A DNA stretch of 64,000 nucleotides, taken from the NCBI RefSeq assembly GCF_006345805.1, contig NC_042998.1:82274001-82338000 (forward strand). Direction: 5' to 3'. A program made the translations under genes and the position numbers. Positions 25,944 to 38,507 of the stretch are shown piece after piece; the first letter of the stretch is position 1, and every line of letters begins with the position of its first letter. The notes beneath the pieces were generated by a model, which saw only the letters and a program-made list of their open reading frames with translations, did not search any database and was not told the origin of the DNA. This stretch comes from Octopus sinensis (lineage: Eukaryota).

Positions 25944-26606
25944 TACACACACACACATACATACACACACACATATATATACAATTTATATACGTTATTA
26001 TTATTATCTTTTTTTTGCAATTTACTTAATCTTTAACATTTTATTGTTATTTTAATATTAATATTTCTATTATATGTAATATTCTAGATGGTGTAATGTA
26101 ATTGTTCATTTCGAATTGATAAAAGGTGTTTTTTTTTCTAATTTTATATATATATATACATGTATGTATAAGTATGAACATGTAAATGAGTCTGGGAAGG
26201 AGTAACTGAGTGTCTGTGTATATGACGAGTTATGGTTCGTGCTGCGACGCAAGAATTATTTACCTGAAAATTGTTGGATGATTTATGAGGATACTCAACC
26301 TTCGTAAGTGAAGCATTTAGGTGTTAGTTAGCTTATTACCATGTTCAATGCGTTCACTCACAGAAACGTAATAAGTAATGTGTTAAATGTTCGGTCACTC
26401 AAACATAAAATAAAAGTGCTTACAACAAATGGAAGATGAAAAGCTATGAGATGAACGTACCTAAAATTCAGTTAAAAAATACCTGGTGTAGCTTTGCATG
26501 AACATATTTAAAAAAAAACATTTTTTAAGAGAAAAATTGTGTTAAGAGTGCTATTTGAAGGAAACATAATGATTTCAAATTTTCGCACAACCTTAGCAAA
26601 TTGATG

Positions 26607-26712
26607 AAAGACAAAGTCGATCGTGCCGGCATTAGAATTCAGGTCGTATAGTCATTAGGAATACCGCTAAGCGTTTTGTTCGGAACAGTAACGGTTCTGC
26701 AAAGCTCACTGT
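26607..26712 (-). mobile_element. Degenerate SINE family B
   Basis: aaagacaaagtcga...ggcattagaattcag...ggttctgcaaagctcac resembles the reverse complement of the 12873 copy. Confidence 0.45.
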
Positions 26713-27258
26713 TTTATTTATCACAAATATTACCGAATGCAGTTTTTATATTGTTTATAAGAAGGGAGTACCCAAATGAATTATATGTTTATTGGTTAAG
26801 GATAAGGCTTGATGAATTTGAAAAAGACTCGGGCAAAACTTTAAATATAATTCCAGAAAAGAGTGCATTGGCCTAGGTTTTATGAATTCTTATCATTTGC
26901 AACGAGTTCAGAATGTCCTTATATTGGTATTTCATTGTTTGTTGTATTATTTACCACTCTTAAAGAGAATTTATTTAAATGTCTTCATATCAAATCAAAT
27001 AGCAAGCCACTAGTATTATTATTTCCTTCGATCAATGACATTTAGGCAACGTCTATTATATTAAGACGACGTTTCACGATCCAATTCTAGTTTTCCTATA
27101 ACATAATATTCATCTGGCTGCTATCATCTACTTTTGTGATCATCGAAATGTTTGTAAGTGAAAGCATTTCAGTAATACAAGCAGATATAAATATTATAAA
27201 ACACCATTGCTTCCAAATTTCAATTAAACTGTTTACATTATTTTTCCATCTTCTAAAC

Positions 27259-27658
27259 CAGTGATTCTTAAATGTTTTGTAGCGCCCCATTTTGGAATAC
27301 TTGTTAAACCTAGTGCCTGCCTAGGTGGGGAGTGAGTTATCATGACTAAATTAACATGGATAATAATTTATAAGTTCCCCTCTAAAGATGGATTGTATAA
27401 GCTTTTAACAGTGAAATTATAAAAAAATTATCAGACAAAAGTTGTAAATTTACATTGTCCATTGAAAATTAATGACTTCTCAGTGCCTGATGAGCTCTCA
27501 TTTTATTTTGATAACCATCAATAATTTTATCATGTATAATATAATTACTACTCTAAGTAAAATGTAATATGTTAATTATGTTCCCTTGCCGCCCCTTAAT
27601 GCCTTCGACATGCCCAGGGCACCCTTGGGGGCATTATCTCCTACTTTGAATACTTCTC
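27259..27658. mobile_element. Decayed hAT (Charlie-type) MITE
   Basis: Left end cagtgattcttaaa, right end actttgaatacttctc; candidate 8-bp TSD ttctaaac / ccctaaac. Confidence 0.5.
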
Positions 27659-28344
27659 CCCTAAACCATTAGCAGAAACCACTTGTATATTCAGGATACG
27701 TGCACTTTTCTGAAGACCCTATATAATGTATTTCAAAATGGATTTTTTCTAAATAAAAGAAAATTCAAGGTAAAATACATGCGCACTCTTTGATATCTCT
27801 CCTGCTAATTAGTCAATTTTTATCAATCGTAGCTGGAAATCAAGTACAACTTAATAAGTATTTGTTGTTACCTGTGTCAAAATATTACTTAGAATACATA
27901 CTGAGGTCTTCACGTGATTATATCAGTAATGGCCGCAGCTGGTATGCTGAATTATTTAAAAATTTAATTTGAAGCCTATTTTACTCCTCATACCTCACAA
28001 CTTACTTTCATAATAAAAGAAGAAATGATGATTATCATACATATTAAATACTTTCAACGTAGTCAGTATCTGAAAAGTAAATATATTCTGTTTCTGGTAA
28101 GTTCATTGTTCTTATCTGGGTTTGTCTTCAGGGAAATAATTTGAATTTAACTCTACAAAAACTGGGAAATTTTGATGTTACTGAGAAATATTAAACGAGA
28201 ATAATATACACACATACACTTATAGAATATATATATATGTGTATATATATAGGTATATATTGTTATATGCACAAATATACACCCACGCGTACACACCCAC
28301 GCGTACACACACACACACACTCGTGTATGAATGTATCTACAGAG

Positions 28345-28380
28345 AAAGATGGACAGATAGATAGATAGATAGATAAATAA

Positions 28381-28474
<94 letters not shown>

Positions 28475-28525
28475 TGATAGATAGATTGATAGATAGATGG
28501 ACAGACAGATAGACATATAGATAGA
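28345..28525. repeat. (GATA)n microsatellite
   Basis: Directly visible. Confidence 0.95.
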
Positions 28526-29161
28526 AATCCCTTTTCCTCCTTGTCCTTCATCCGTTATTGGATGATGAAGAAAGGGGAATGAAAGGGGAATTGAAAAGAG
28601 GAATGGTGACAGATGGGTGAAGTTTAAAAGAAGAAAAAAACAACATTAAACGATAAACCATGCAATGGGAAACCAGCAACAATTGACATAAATCGCCAAA
28701 GAATAAACGAAGTGATTACCATGGACCACGTATCACGATTTATATGCTTCCTACGCTGTTCGACTGTGATAGCAATGCATTACAGATACTGGAAAACATT
28801 ATGTATGAAAAGTGTCCGCAAAGAGGGTACCACAGCTGTTGACATCTTTTTACTTAAGAAGAAGTGTGCAGTGGATGTTTGCTCGGATCAACTGAAACGT
28901 TCGTTTTCAATGCTTTTGTGTTTCTTTAATCTTTTATTCTCTCTTTTGTTTGTTTCAGTTACCAGGCAGCAGCAACGTTCTGCCTTGAATAATTTTAGTC
29001 GACCGAATCAACACTAGTAATGATATTTTTATGCTTTTAATTGATTATACCGGTCATTTTTGCTGTAGAGTTAAGTTACAGGAACCTATACGCACAAACA
29101 GCGGTTGATAAACACAGAGACACAGACAGAGACACACACACGCACGCACATACACATATGA

Positions 29162-29240
<79 letters not shown>

Positions 29241-29733
29241 ATTAATTTGGAATAATTATCAATTACACCAAGTAGTCTTCGGCATGTAAAAGCCTCATTT
29301 GAGGAAAATTTAAGTAATACTAAGCAATAAGGGTTCAGCAACGAATTGCCTTACCACATACCGAATTTAGAAATAGCAGTCAAAGGGTTATAGCTATTTC
29401 TTCTACTAAAAATACTATTGCTTAGTATTACTTAAATTTTCCTCAAATGAGGCTTTTACATGCCGAAGACTACTTGGTGTAATTGATAATTATTCCAAAT
29501 TAATTAATTTCACCCTTCATTATTACGGATAACCATATTTTATCTCAGTAGATGACTACAGCATCTTGTTTTGGCTACACGCGGGTGGGAGGGGGCTGTT
29601 GACACAATCGTTTCATTCACAAATTTGAATTCGGTGATACTAGTTGAGGATTCTAGCTCGCTCTGATACTGAGTTGAGTTGGTACCTCCTAGTATCTCAA
29701 AATTCAATATATAATCATTTATGATTATAGTAT

Positions 29734-29840
29734 TCCACGCTGAAGAGAAAAGAAGTTTCGGTAAGATAGAATTATTTAATATTTAATATTTTAATTCTTA
29801 TGCTTTCCTAAAACTTGATTTCGAAACGTACGTCCGTGGA
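29734..29840 (+). ncRNA. Type I hammerhead ribozyme, unit 1
   Basis: tccacg-CTGAAGA-gaaaagaagttt...aaacttgatttc-GAAA-cgtacg (palindrome)-TC-cgtgga; 6-bp stem I, ~76-nt extended stem II, GUC site. Confidence 0.85.
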
Positions 29841-30334
29841 TAACTTTAAAAATGTTTGATAGATTGCGGTTAATTCATTCTCTCTTACCTGTTTGTGTCA
29901 GCCTTCCAATTGCTGTTTTTACTGAGATCTCCCTTTTTAGTAGAAGAAATAGCTATAACCCTTTGACTGCTATTTCTAAATTCGGTATGTGGTAAGGCAA
30001 TTCGTTGCTGAACCCTTATTGCTTAGTATTACTTAAATTTTCCTCAAATGAGGCTTTTACATGCCGAAGACTACTTGGTGTAATTGATAATTATTCCAAA
30101 TTAATTAATTTCACCCTTCATTATTACGGATAACCATATTTTATCTCAGTAGATGACTACAGCATCTTGTTTTGGCTACACGCGGGTGGGAGGGGGCTGT
30201 TGACACAATCGTTTCATTCACAAATTTGAATTCGGTGATACTAGTTGAGGATTCTAGCTCGCTCTGATACTGAGTTGAGTTGGTACCTCCTAGTATCTCA
30301 AAATTCAATATATAATCATTTATGATTATAGTAT

Positions 30335-30441
30335 TCCACGCTGAAGAGAAAAGAAGTTTCGGTAAGATAGAATTATTTAATATTTAATATTTTAATTCTT
30401 ATGCTTTCCTAAAACTTGATTTCGAAACGTACGTCCGTGGA
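30335..30441 (+). ncRNA. Type I hammerhead ribozyme, unit 2
   Basis: Same motif shifted by 601. Confidence 0.85.
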
Positions 30442-30935
30442 TAACTTTAAAAATGTTTGATAGATTGCGGTTAATTCATTCTCTCTTACCTGTTTGTGTC
30501 AGCCTTCCAATTGCTGTTTTTACTGAGATCTCCCTTTTTAGTAGAAGAAATAGCTATAACCCTTTGACTGCTATTTCTAAATTCGGTATGTGGTAAGGCA
30601 ATTCGTTGCTGAACCCTTATTGCTTAGTATTACTTAAATTTTCCTCAAATGAGGCTTTTACATGCCGAAGACTACTTGGTGTAATTGATAATTATTCCAA
30701 ATTAATTAATTTCACCCTTCATTATTACGGATAACCATATTTTATCTCAGTAGATGACTACAGCATCTTGTTTTGGCTACACGCGGGTGGGAGGGGGCTG
30801 TTGACACAATCGTTTCATTCACAAATTTGAATTCGGTGATACTAGTTGAGGATTCTAGCTCGCTCTGATACTGAGTTGAGTTGGTACCTCCTAGTATCTC
30901 AAAATTCAATATATAATCATTTATGATTATAGTAT

Positions 30936-31042
30936 TCCACGCTGAAGAGAAAAGAAGTTTCGGTAAGATAGAATTATTTAATATTTAATATTTTAATTCT
31001 TATGCTTTCCTAAAACTTGATTTCGAAACGTACGTCCGTGGA
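30936..31042 (+). ncRNA. Type I hammerhead ribozyme, unit 3
   Basis: Same motif shifted by 1202. Confidence 0.85.
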
Positions 31043-31785
31043 TAACTTTAAAAATGTTTGATAGATTGCGGTTAATTCATTCTCTCTTACCTGTTTGTGT
31101 CAGCCTTCCAATTGCTGTTTTTACTGAGATCTCCCTTTTTAGTAGAAGAAATAGCTATAACCCTTTGACTGCTATTTCTAAATTCGGTATGTGGTAAGGC
31201 AATTCGTTGCTGAACCCTTATTGCTTAGTATTACTTATATATATATATGTATATATTGGTAAATGTGTGAAATCCTTGGTATATTTAGGTATGTTTGAAT
31301 AAGGAAAAGAATGACTTCACTGTTCTAATTAATTTCCTTTCCTAATAATATAATGAAATTTAATTTTTCAGTTTCATTTGGAGATCTAGTAAGTTCTTTG
31401 TTAACTTCGGTGGGGAGATATTTTCATGATTCCCTGTTAACTTTTCTTGAGAACTTTCTCGCATTCGTCGGTGGCGGTTGTCAAACTGATCTTCAGGTTC
31501 TGTGCTGCTGTGTGATTCTATATACAAGAGATTTGGGTATGTCTTGGTTGGGGTTGGGGTTTGTTAATTAAAAGTGTGAGAATGAAGGGGTGTCGATGAA
31601 TCAGAGCTGAAGGAAAACAGTGAATGGTGAAAACAAGATAATTGATTGAGGATGGAGCACCATACAACCTGAATGTGAGAATGTTCTCCAGAAAAGTTAA
31701 CAGAACAAATTGTAAGATTAAATTATATTATATTATTAGGAAATGAAATCAATTAGAACTACCTGTGAATTCATTCCTTCCCTTG

Positions 31786-31884
<99 letters not shown>

Positions 31885-31889
31885 GAACG

Positions 31890-32575
31890 AAAAGTGGAAC
31901 AAAAACGTAACAGGCGATTACAAAACATTCGGACAGTTAGAAGATACAAAAAAGGAAAGGAAAAAACAACGATGTGTCATTCGGAGTTTCCTATCCTCAG
32001 TTGGGTTCCAGATCGTCTTTTCAGTTCCGGTCGGTTTCACTCAAGACTGCTCCAATCTGGCCGGCCCGAAGAAAACCTAAGCTAAGATGACTAGACTCCT
32101 TGGAAGAAAGCAAGCGAATGTATATGAAAACAAGGGCGAAAAAATGGAGAGATGATACACAATAACAAATACAAATAACAGGACATTAACAACACGTGTC
32201 TATCGACTAAGGACGAATTCAATTAAACTGGCTCGTGTGGAAGTGAAGCCTTACGGCAGGAACATTGCAGATGAAAGTCACGGAAAGGAATATAAGGGAT
32301 GCTACACGAACCAAGAAAGTAAAGTCAGGCTTAGTCGAACACCGGTCACGTGGAAGGAGAGGAGAGAGTTCGGAGCAAATGGATTATAGAATTAGTGAGG
32401 GATGAGAAGAAGAGAAAAAAGGAAATGGACAGAGTATGGTAAAACATGGGGGCAGTGAGAATGAAGGGAAGGCCAAGAAATGTGAGAGAGGAGGAGCGAG
32501 AAACAGAAAAGCGGAAAGAACGAAGAAAGTGTGGAGAGGGTTAAAAGAAGAGTAATAGAATCGCACAGATTTTAT
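31890..32575 (-). repeat. Dispersed non-coding repeat (family E); inverted copy at 37455-38140, partial copy at 32650-32760
   Basis: caaatacaaataacaggacattaacaacacgtgtctatcgactaaggacgaa and ggtcacgtggaaggagaggagagag match the reverse complement of 37670-37890. Confidence 0.75.
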
Positions 32576-32759
32576 ATATATATATATATGTATGTACTTA
32601 CATACTTGTGTCTAAAAGTGTACGTACGCCGCTATATGTATGAAAAAAGAAAACAAAAATGGAAGAACGTCACAGGCGACAACAAAACATCCGAACAGTT
32701 AGACAATACAAAAAGGAGAGGCAAAAACAATGACGGGTCATTCGGAGCTTCCTATCCTG

Positions 32760-32912
32760 ACGAGCTTCTTTCAGTTTCCGTCTGCCAAACCCACTCACAG
32801 TGTTGGTCGGCCCGAGGCTTTAATAGAAGAAATTTACCCATAGTGCCACGCAGCGGGACTGAATCCGGAACCATGTGGTTGGGAAGTAAGTTTTTTAGTA
32901 CACAACCACTCC
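32760..32912 (-). mobile_element. SINE family A head
   Basis: cttctttcagtttccgtctgccaaa...ggtcggcccgaggct...gtgccacgcagcgggactgaatccggaaccatgtggttggg. Confidence 0.8.
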
Positions 32913-33603
32913 TGAATCTTATGTAGTCACGTGTTTTTTTTGTTGTAGTTGTTGTTTTTACTTTCGATTGATTGACAGGATATGAAACATGGCTCTACAG
33001 CAGCGTTCACCTGAATTATTTGAATTATTAAAAACAGGATCCAAGGTTTGTGGGCCACAAATTAGGCGAATAAATATTTTGTGATCGAGAGTATGTTAAA
33101 TATCAACTTTGAATTGACCAAGAGTTACTCTGATGAAATGTGCAATCAATTTTATCAAATACATACACACAAGACTCAGATGAAGGAAAAAAGGCTGGTC
33201 ATTCCCCAAAAATTCTGTATAAGTACCTAAATAAGATTCCTGATGAAGTTTATAATAAGCAATGCACGCTTCTCCTATCAAATACTGTCTATAAATCCTC
33301 TCTTTATATATGCTTCTATATAATCATGATTTTTGATGAAATTATAAATAATTATGAATTTATTTTGCTACATATTTTGAACACTTTTATGTAAATCGTT
33401 TAAACAAAAACTCCTCTTGACATTTTAAGACTGCATCACTGTATTTTAATACACCTATGATAACGATTTTTTAACCCAACAAAGGCTACACAAAGCCTTA
33501 CATTTTACATTTGAAAATCGTTTTTTTAAAAATGTGAAACCGGTCAAGTCAATAAACATCTTTAAAAGACCTCTGCATTTTCAAATCCCCTTTCCTGTAT
33601 ATA

Positions 33604-33657
<54 letters not shown>

Positions 33658-33667
33658 GTGTGTGGTG

Positions 33668-33703
<36 letters not shown>

Positions 33704-33959
33704 CTATGTACTATGTATGTATGTATGTATGTATGTATGTACGTATGTATGTATGTATGCATGTATGTATGTATAAAGTACAATTACTCCACACACAAAC
33801 ATACACACACGAACACATACATATACACACACTGCAAACAAAACACACACACACACACACACACGTGCTATCATTACACAAACACAGACCTGCACGTACG
33901 CACATACCCACACATGCACACACATACCTCCTTCTCTTACACTCTCCTGTCTTTAAAAG

Positions 33960-34205
33960 AACTTTTTCTTCGCCCATTCCGTTCCGGTAAATTCAATATG
34001 TGACCGCGTGTGTATTGTTGGTGATTTTCTTTCTCCGTCTTCCCTTCCTTAGACTTTTTCTTTTTTTATATATTTCCGACGAAGAGCTCCGCTCGGAACC
34101 TTAAATCCTTCTTCTATCTTTCCTTTCCTGAATGTCCAATAACACTGAACTTTTACCAGGTCCACGCGTTGTTGTGTTTTCTCTTTGTTCATGTTTGGAT
34201 TAACT
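33960..34205 (+). mobile_element. Short non-coding element (family D) with decayed minimal HHR at 34073-34105
   Basis: ttt-CCGACGA-a-gagc-tcc-gctc-ggaa; downstream ttcctgaatgtcc..taatac and ccacgcgttgttg resemble 56040-56250. Confidence 0.55.
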
Positions 34206-34740
34206 ATATAAATGTACATACATACGTGCAAATATATATGCCTTATATGTTATGTATGTATTAATGTATAATATATAAATGTTTACATATATATGAATGT
34301 GCGTTAGTTTGTTTAATGATAAATCACTCTTGTAGGAATTATACCAGTATATGACTGGAGAATTCATTGCAGAACCATGGTTATAAATTTTCGAGAAATG
34401 CAACCCTACTTATCATATAAGGCTCACTTAATTAATACATTTATATGCCTTTATCGAGTACTTTGCATTAATTGGCGCCCCCTCCGTTTGTAATAGCATA
34501 TATAGCGTCAAATATGTGTGGGTGTAGGTGTGTGTGTAGTATGTATTCGTGTATGTATACGTATGTATATGCATACATATGTACACGCAAAGACACACAC
34601 ATACTCACGCACGTACATACATACATGTATATATATAAAATTGATGTTATTCGTGGTTTAGACTTTCACTGCCCTTTCTGGCATGTAAGGTGTCCTGTAA
34701 ATGGTCACCTCTTTATGTATGAATATATAAATTCTTTGTA

Positions 34741-35017
<277 letters not shown>

Positions 35018-37314
35018 CCTTTATACGTACATTGTATACTCTGAGAGAAGCAGAGATGTAGGAAGACAGAGAGGCAGATAGACAAATAGGTAGGAGCAAT
35101 AGAGAGTATAGATCTCTGTAGGGAATCATACGACCACTTTGTATTATATACACTTTGTTCATTTGGGTTTAGCAGGAATGTATTTGTTTCTTTCTTTTTG
35201 TAGTTTTCAAGTCACTGTGACCCATGTTTTTATTCATTAATAGTTAGCCTTTGGGAATCTAGTAAACTAACCTGATAGCCTCATTATTTCTCTTATATGA
35301 GATCTTATTGGTGTTTCTTAGCATCTTACACTGCAGAAAATGAGTTGACCCTAATGCTCTGTTCTAATATACCATCTATTGTCAGATATATGCTTAATGC
35401 ACTAGATTTCCTTTACCTTCATTTCTCATCTGTAAACGCGTACACACTCATACACTTACATACACAGAAGCATAGTCTCACACACACATATACCTGAAAC
35501 ATACGGACATGCCAGAAGCGGACACGCATAGCACAAGCGTACACACATGCCAGAAGCATGTACACAAATATACTAACGCACACATAAATACCATCCTCAC
35601 TCAACACATCGCTTATACACGCATTGTCAATGTTTTCACCTGTGTATCTACCATTAAAGTTTAGGAAACAATCTGCCATTCGTACAACAAATAGTGTACG
35701 TCACGACTCAAAACGTAAGCAAAATCTTTTTGAGTGGTTTTATAAATTACAGTCTTAAACCGGAAACAAACATTGTTGTTTTAAAAGGAGAGACCCGTGT
35801 TAAGATATGTTTTAATTATAACCAGCTGTGGCGATGTCACACAGAGCTATACAAACTAAATACACAAACGAAACTTGCAAAAACGAACAAATACAAATAA
35901 GAGAGTATAATACAGAAAAGAAGAAATAAAAAGATTTTAATGTTATTTGGGTTTCCATTTCGAATGTATTAAAAGAATGTAGTACTTGCGTAGGTAGACC
36001 TGTTGGAGTATATGACAACTCAGCAGCGGTAAAAACAATTGAAAAGCAATACCGTAAACAGATTCCATACTACTTTATCTAAAGTAAGCTGATCTTTCGT
36101 TTATAGTCTATTGGGATTTCATTGTTTTTATTTTACAACCATTTTAACTGGAATAACTAGTCAATGGAAAGCAAACAACCAAGACAATATTACACGAGAA
36201 CAAAACAGCAGAAAACTTGGCTTTCAAACAAAAGAGGAAGTTATCTTACATGACATTTTTATTACTCCCCCTATTTCGATTATTTATTTATTTATTATTT
36301 CTTTTTGAGTTAATATAACAATGTACTTAAGTGAAAAGAACGTATTATGCAATAATCCTTTCTTAAATTATACGAGAAATAAGAATGAGTAGTTCTAAAT
36401 TTGTTTATATATTTTTGCTAGATATATTTCCTTATATATTCTTTCAACCGTTAATTTTCGTAAACATTTCTTGAGTGCAGTGTCTATGTCTGTCTTACAA
36501 GTCATGACCATAAACTATACCAGACACTTTGGAGACAGCTGCCAACTTCAGCATTTTGTTACCAATTATGTTATACTACCGAATTATTGATTGTTTTCGT
36601 CTTTTAACACAAGCACAAGATTTTTGCAGATTTGTAGAAAGAAAATATAATTATATAACATTTATGGCATTTCGAAGACTAAGTGGCTCCAAACACGATT
36701 TGAAATCTGTTCATCTTGGCAAACTAGAAATCTACAATGACTGTATCGAACTTGAAATTTCCTTGAAATAATCGATAAGGAATTAGCGATATATTTCAAA
36801 CAAACATTTGGCCAGTAACATTTGATATGTGACGACCATGCCTTTTGTTAAAGCATTCCTGACCTCATTCAGTAAGTCACACTATTTTTGTCTTCTAAAC
36901 ACTTGAAATGGTTATTTAGTACTTTTTAAAAAGGACCTTTCAATCCCTTTTTAACAAATTTCATGATTTAGGAAATAAGTATCGTACAGATTCAACTCAG
37001 ACTGGAAATGCGACGCCCGCTTCTTTGGCCGGGAGTTACATATTTCCGTTACAGCTCGGGTTACAAGACCAGACATTTTCTCTTTCACTATAGGAAAATC
37101 TATTTTTGTAAAACAGTGCTTTACGTAACGGCTTTATATCCTCAGATAGCTTACATATACAAAACGTATGCATTTCTAAATAATTTATCATCCCTCGTTT
37201 GGTTCACGTCATAAATGATGATTCTATATCACTAGACTATTCAGTTCTACTGTACTCCATCTAACTTTTACCAGTGTAACCTTTATTTGTCATCACTTCA
37301 GGGAGATCATATAC

Positions 37315-37354
<40 letters not shown>

Positions 37355-37454
37355 TTGTGTGTGTGTGTTGTAAAAGTGTAATGGCATTATATCATAGGAT
37401 AGCTTACATATTCAAAACGCATGCATTTCTGTATAATTTATCATCCCTCATATA

Positions 37455-38140
37455 TATATAAATTCCGTTCGACTCTTTTACTCTTTTCTTTATCCCCCTT
37501 TACATTTTCTTCGTTCCTTTCACTTTGTTTTTCTCGCTCTCATCCTCTCTCACGTTTCTTGGCTTTCCCTTCATTATCATTACTTTATCTCCTCCCTTAC
37601 CTCACTCTGTCCCTTTCGTTTTTTCTCTCTTTTACGCCCGTCCCCCTAATTCTTCAATCCCTCTACTCCCTATCTCTCTCCTCTCCTTCCACGTGACCTG
37701 TGGTCGACCAAGCCTAACATTTCTTTCTTGGTTAAACTACCAACCGTGTAGCTTCTCTTATATTCCTTCCCATGACTTTTATTTTCTACGTTCCTGTCGT
37801 AATGCTTCACTTCCACACTCGCCAGCTTAATTTAGTTCGTCCCTAGTCGAAAGACACCTGTTGTTAATATCCTGTTGTTTGTATTTGTAACTGTGTACCA
37901 TTTATCTGTTTTTTCTTCATCCTTGTTTTCGCATATATTCGCTTAGATTTTCTTGAAACCGGCCAGATTAGAGTAGTCTCCAGATTAACCGGCTGAAACT
38001 GCAGAGATGATCTGCTTCTCGACTGAAGATGGAAAGCTCCAAATGACCCGTCCTTGTTTTTTCCTGTCCTTTTTTGTATTGTCTAACTCACCGAATGTTT
38101 TGTTGTCATCTGTAACGTTCTTGTTCCATTTTTGTTTTGT
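37455..38140 (+). repeat. Family E repeat copy
   Basis: Reverse-complement similarity to 31890-32575. Confidence 0.75.
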
Positions 38141-38154
38141 TATATATTATATAT

Positions 38155-38265
38155 ATGGATAAATTAAGAAATGGAGTCAAATGCAGGTGTTATTCAGTTC
38201 ATATACTGGAAGTATAAATGATTTGAATAACACCTGCGTTTAACTCCATTTATTCATTTATCCAT
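38155..38265. repeat. Hairpin with ~53-bp arms next to a TA tract
   Basis: atggataaat...tggagtcaaatgcaggtgttattca / tgaataacacctgcgtttaactcca...tttatccat. Confidence 0.8.
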
Positions 38266-38412
38266 GTTATACAAAAAGTTTCGCTTAACCCTGGAATTTC
38301 TACCTTTATAAGTAGGCTGTAATACAAGTACAATTTTGTGAATTTTTGCTACCCTGGTAACTACTTATTTATTTAACCTTTTTATTTGTGCACATTGAAA
38401 AGATACACACAC

Positions 38413-38507
<95 letters not shown>

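Larger units (their letters stand above)
29240..31237 (+). mobile_element. Retrozyme-like / non-autonomous PLE: inverted 173-bp fragment (29240-29412) plus three 601-bp tandem units, embedded in (TA)n
   Basis: cttagtatta recurs at 29421, 30022, 30623, 31224 (period 601); copies look identical; 29240-29412 is the reverse complement of the unit junction; no ORF >=60 aa inside the array. Confidence 0.9.
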
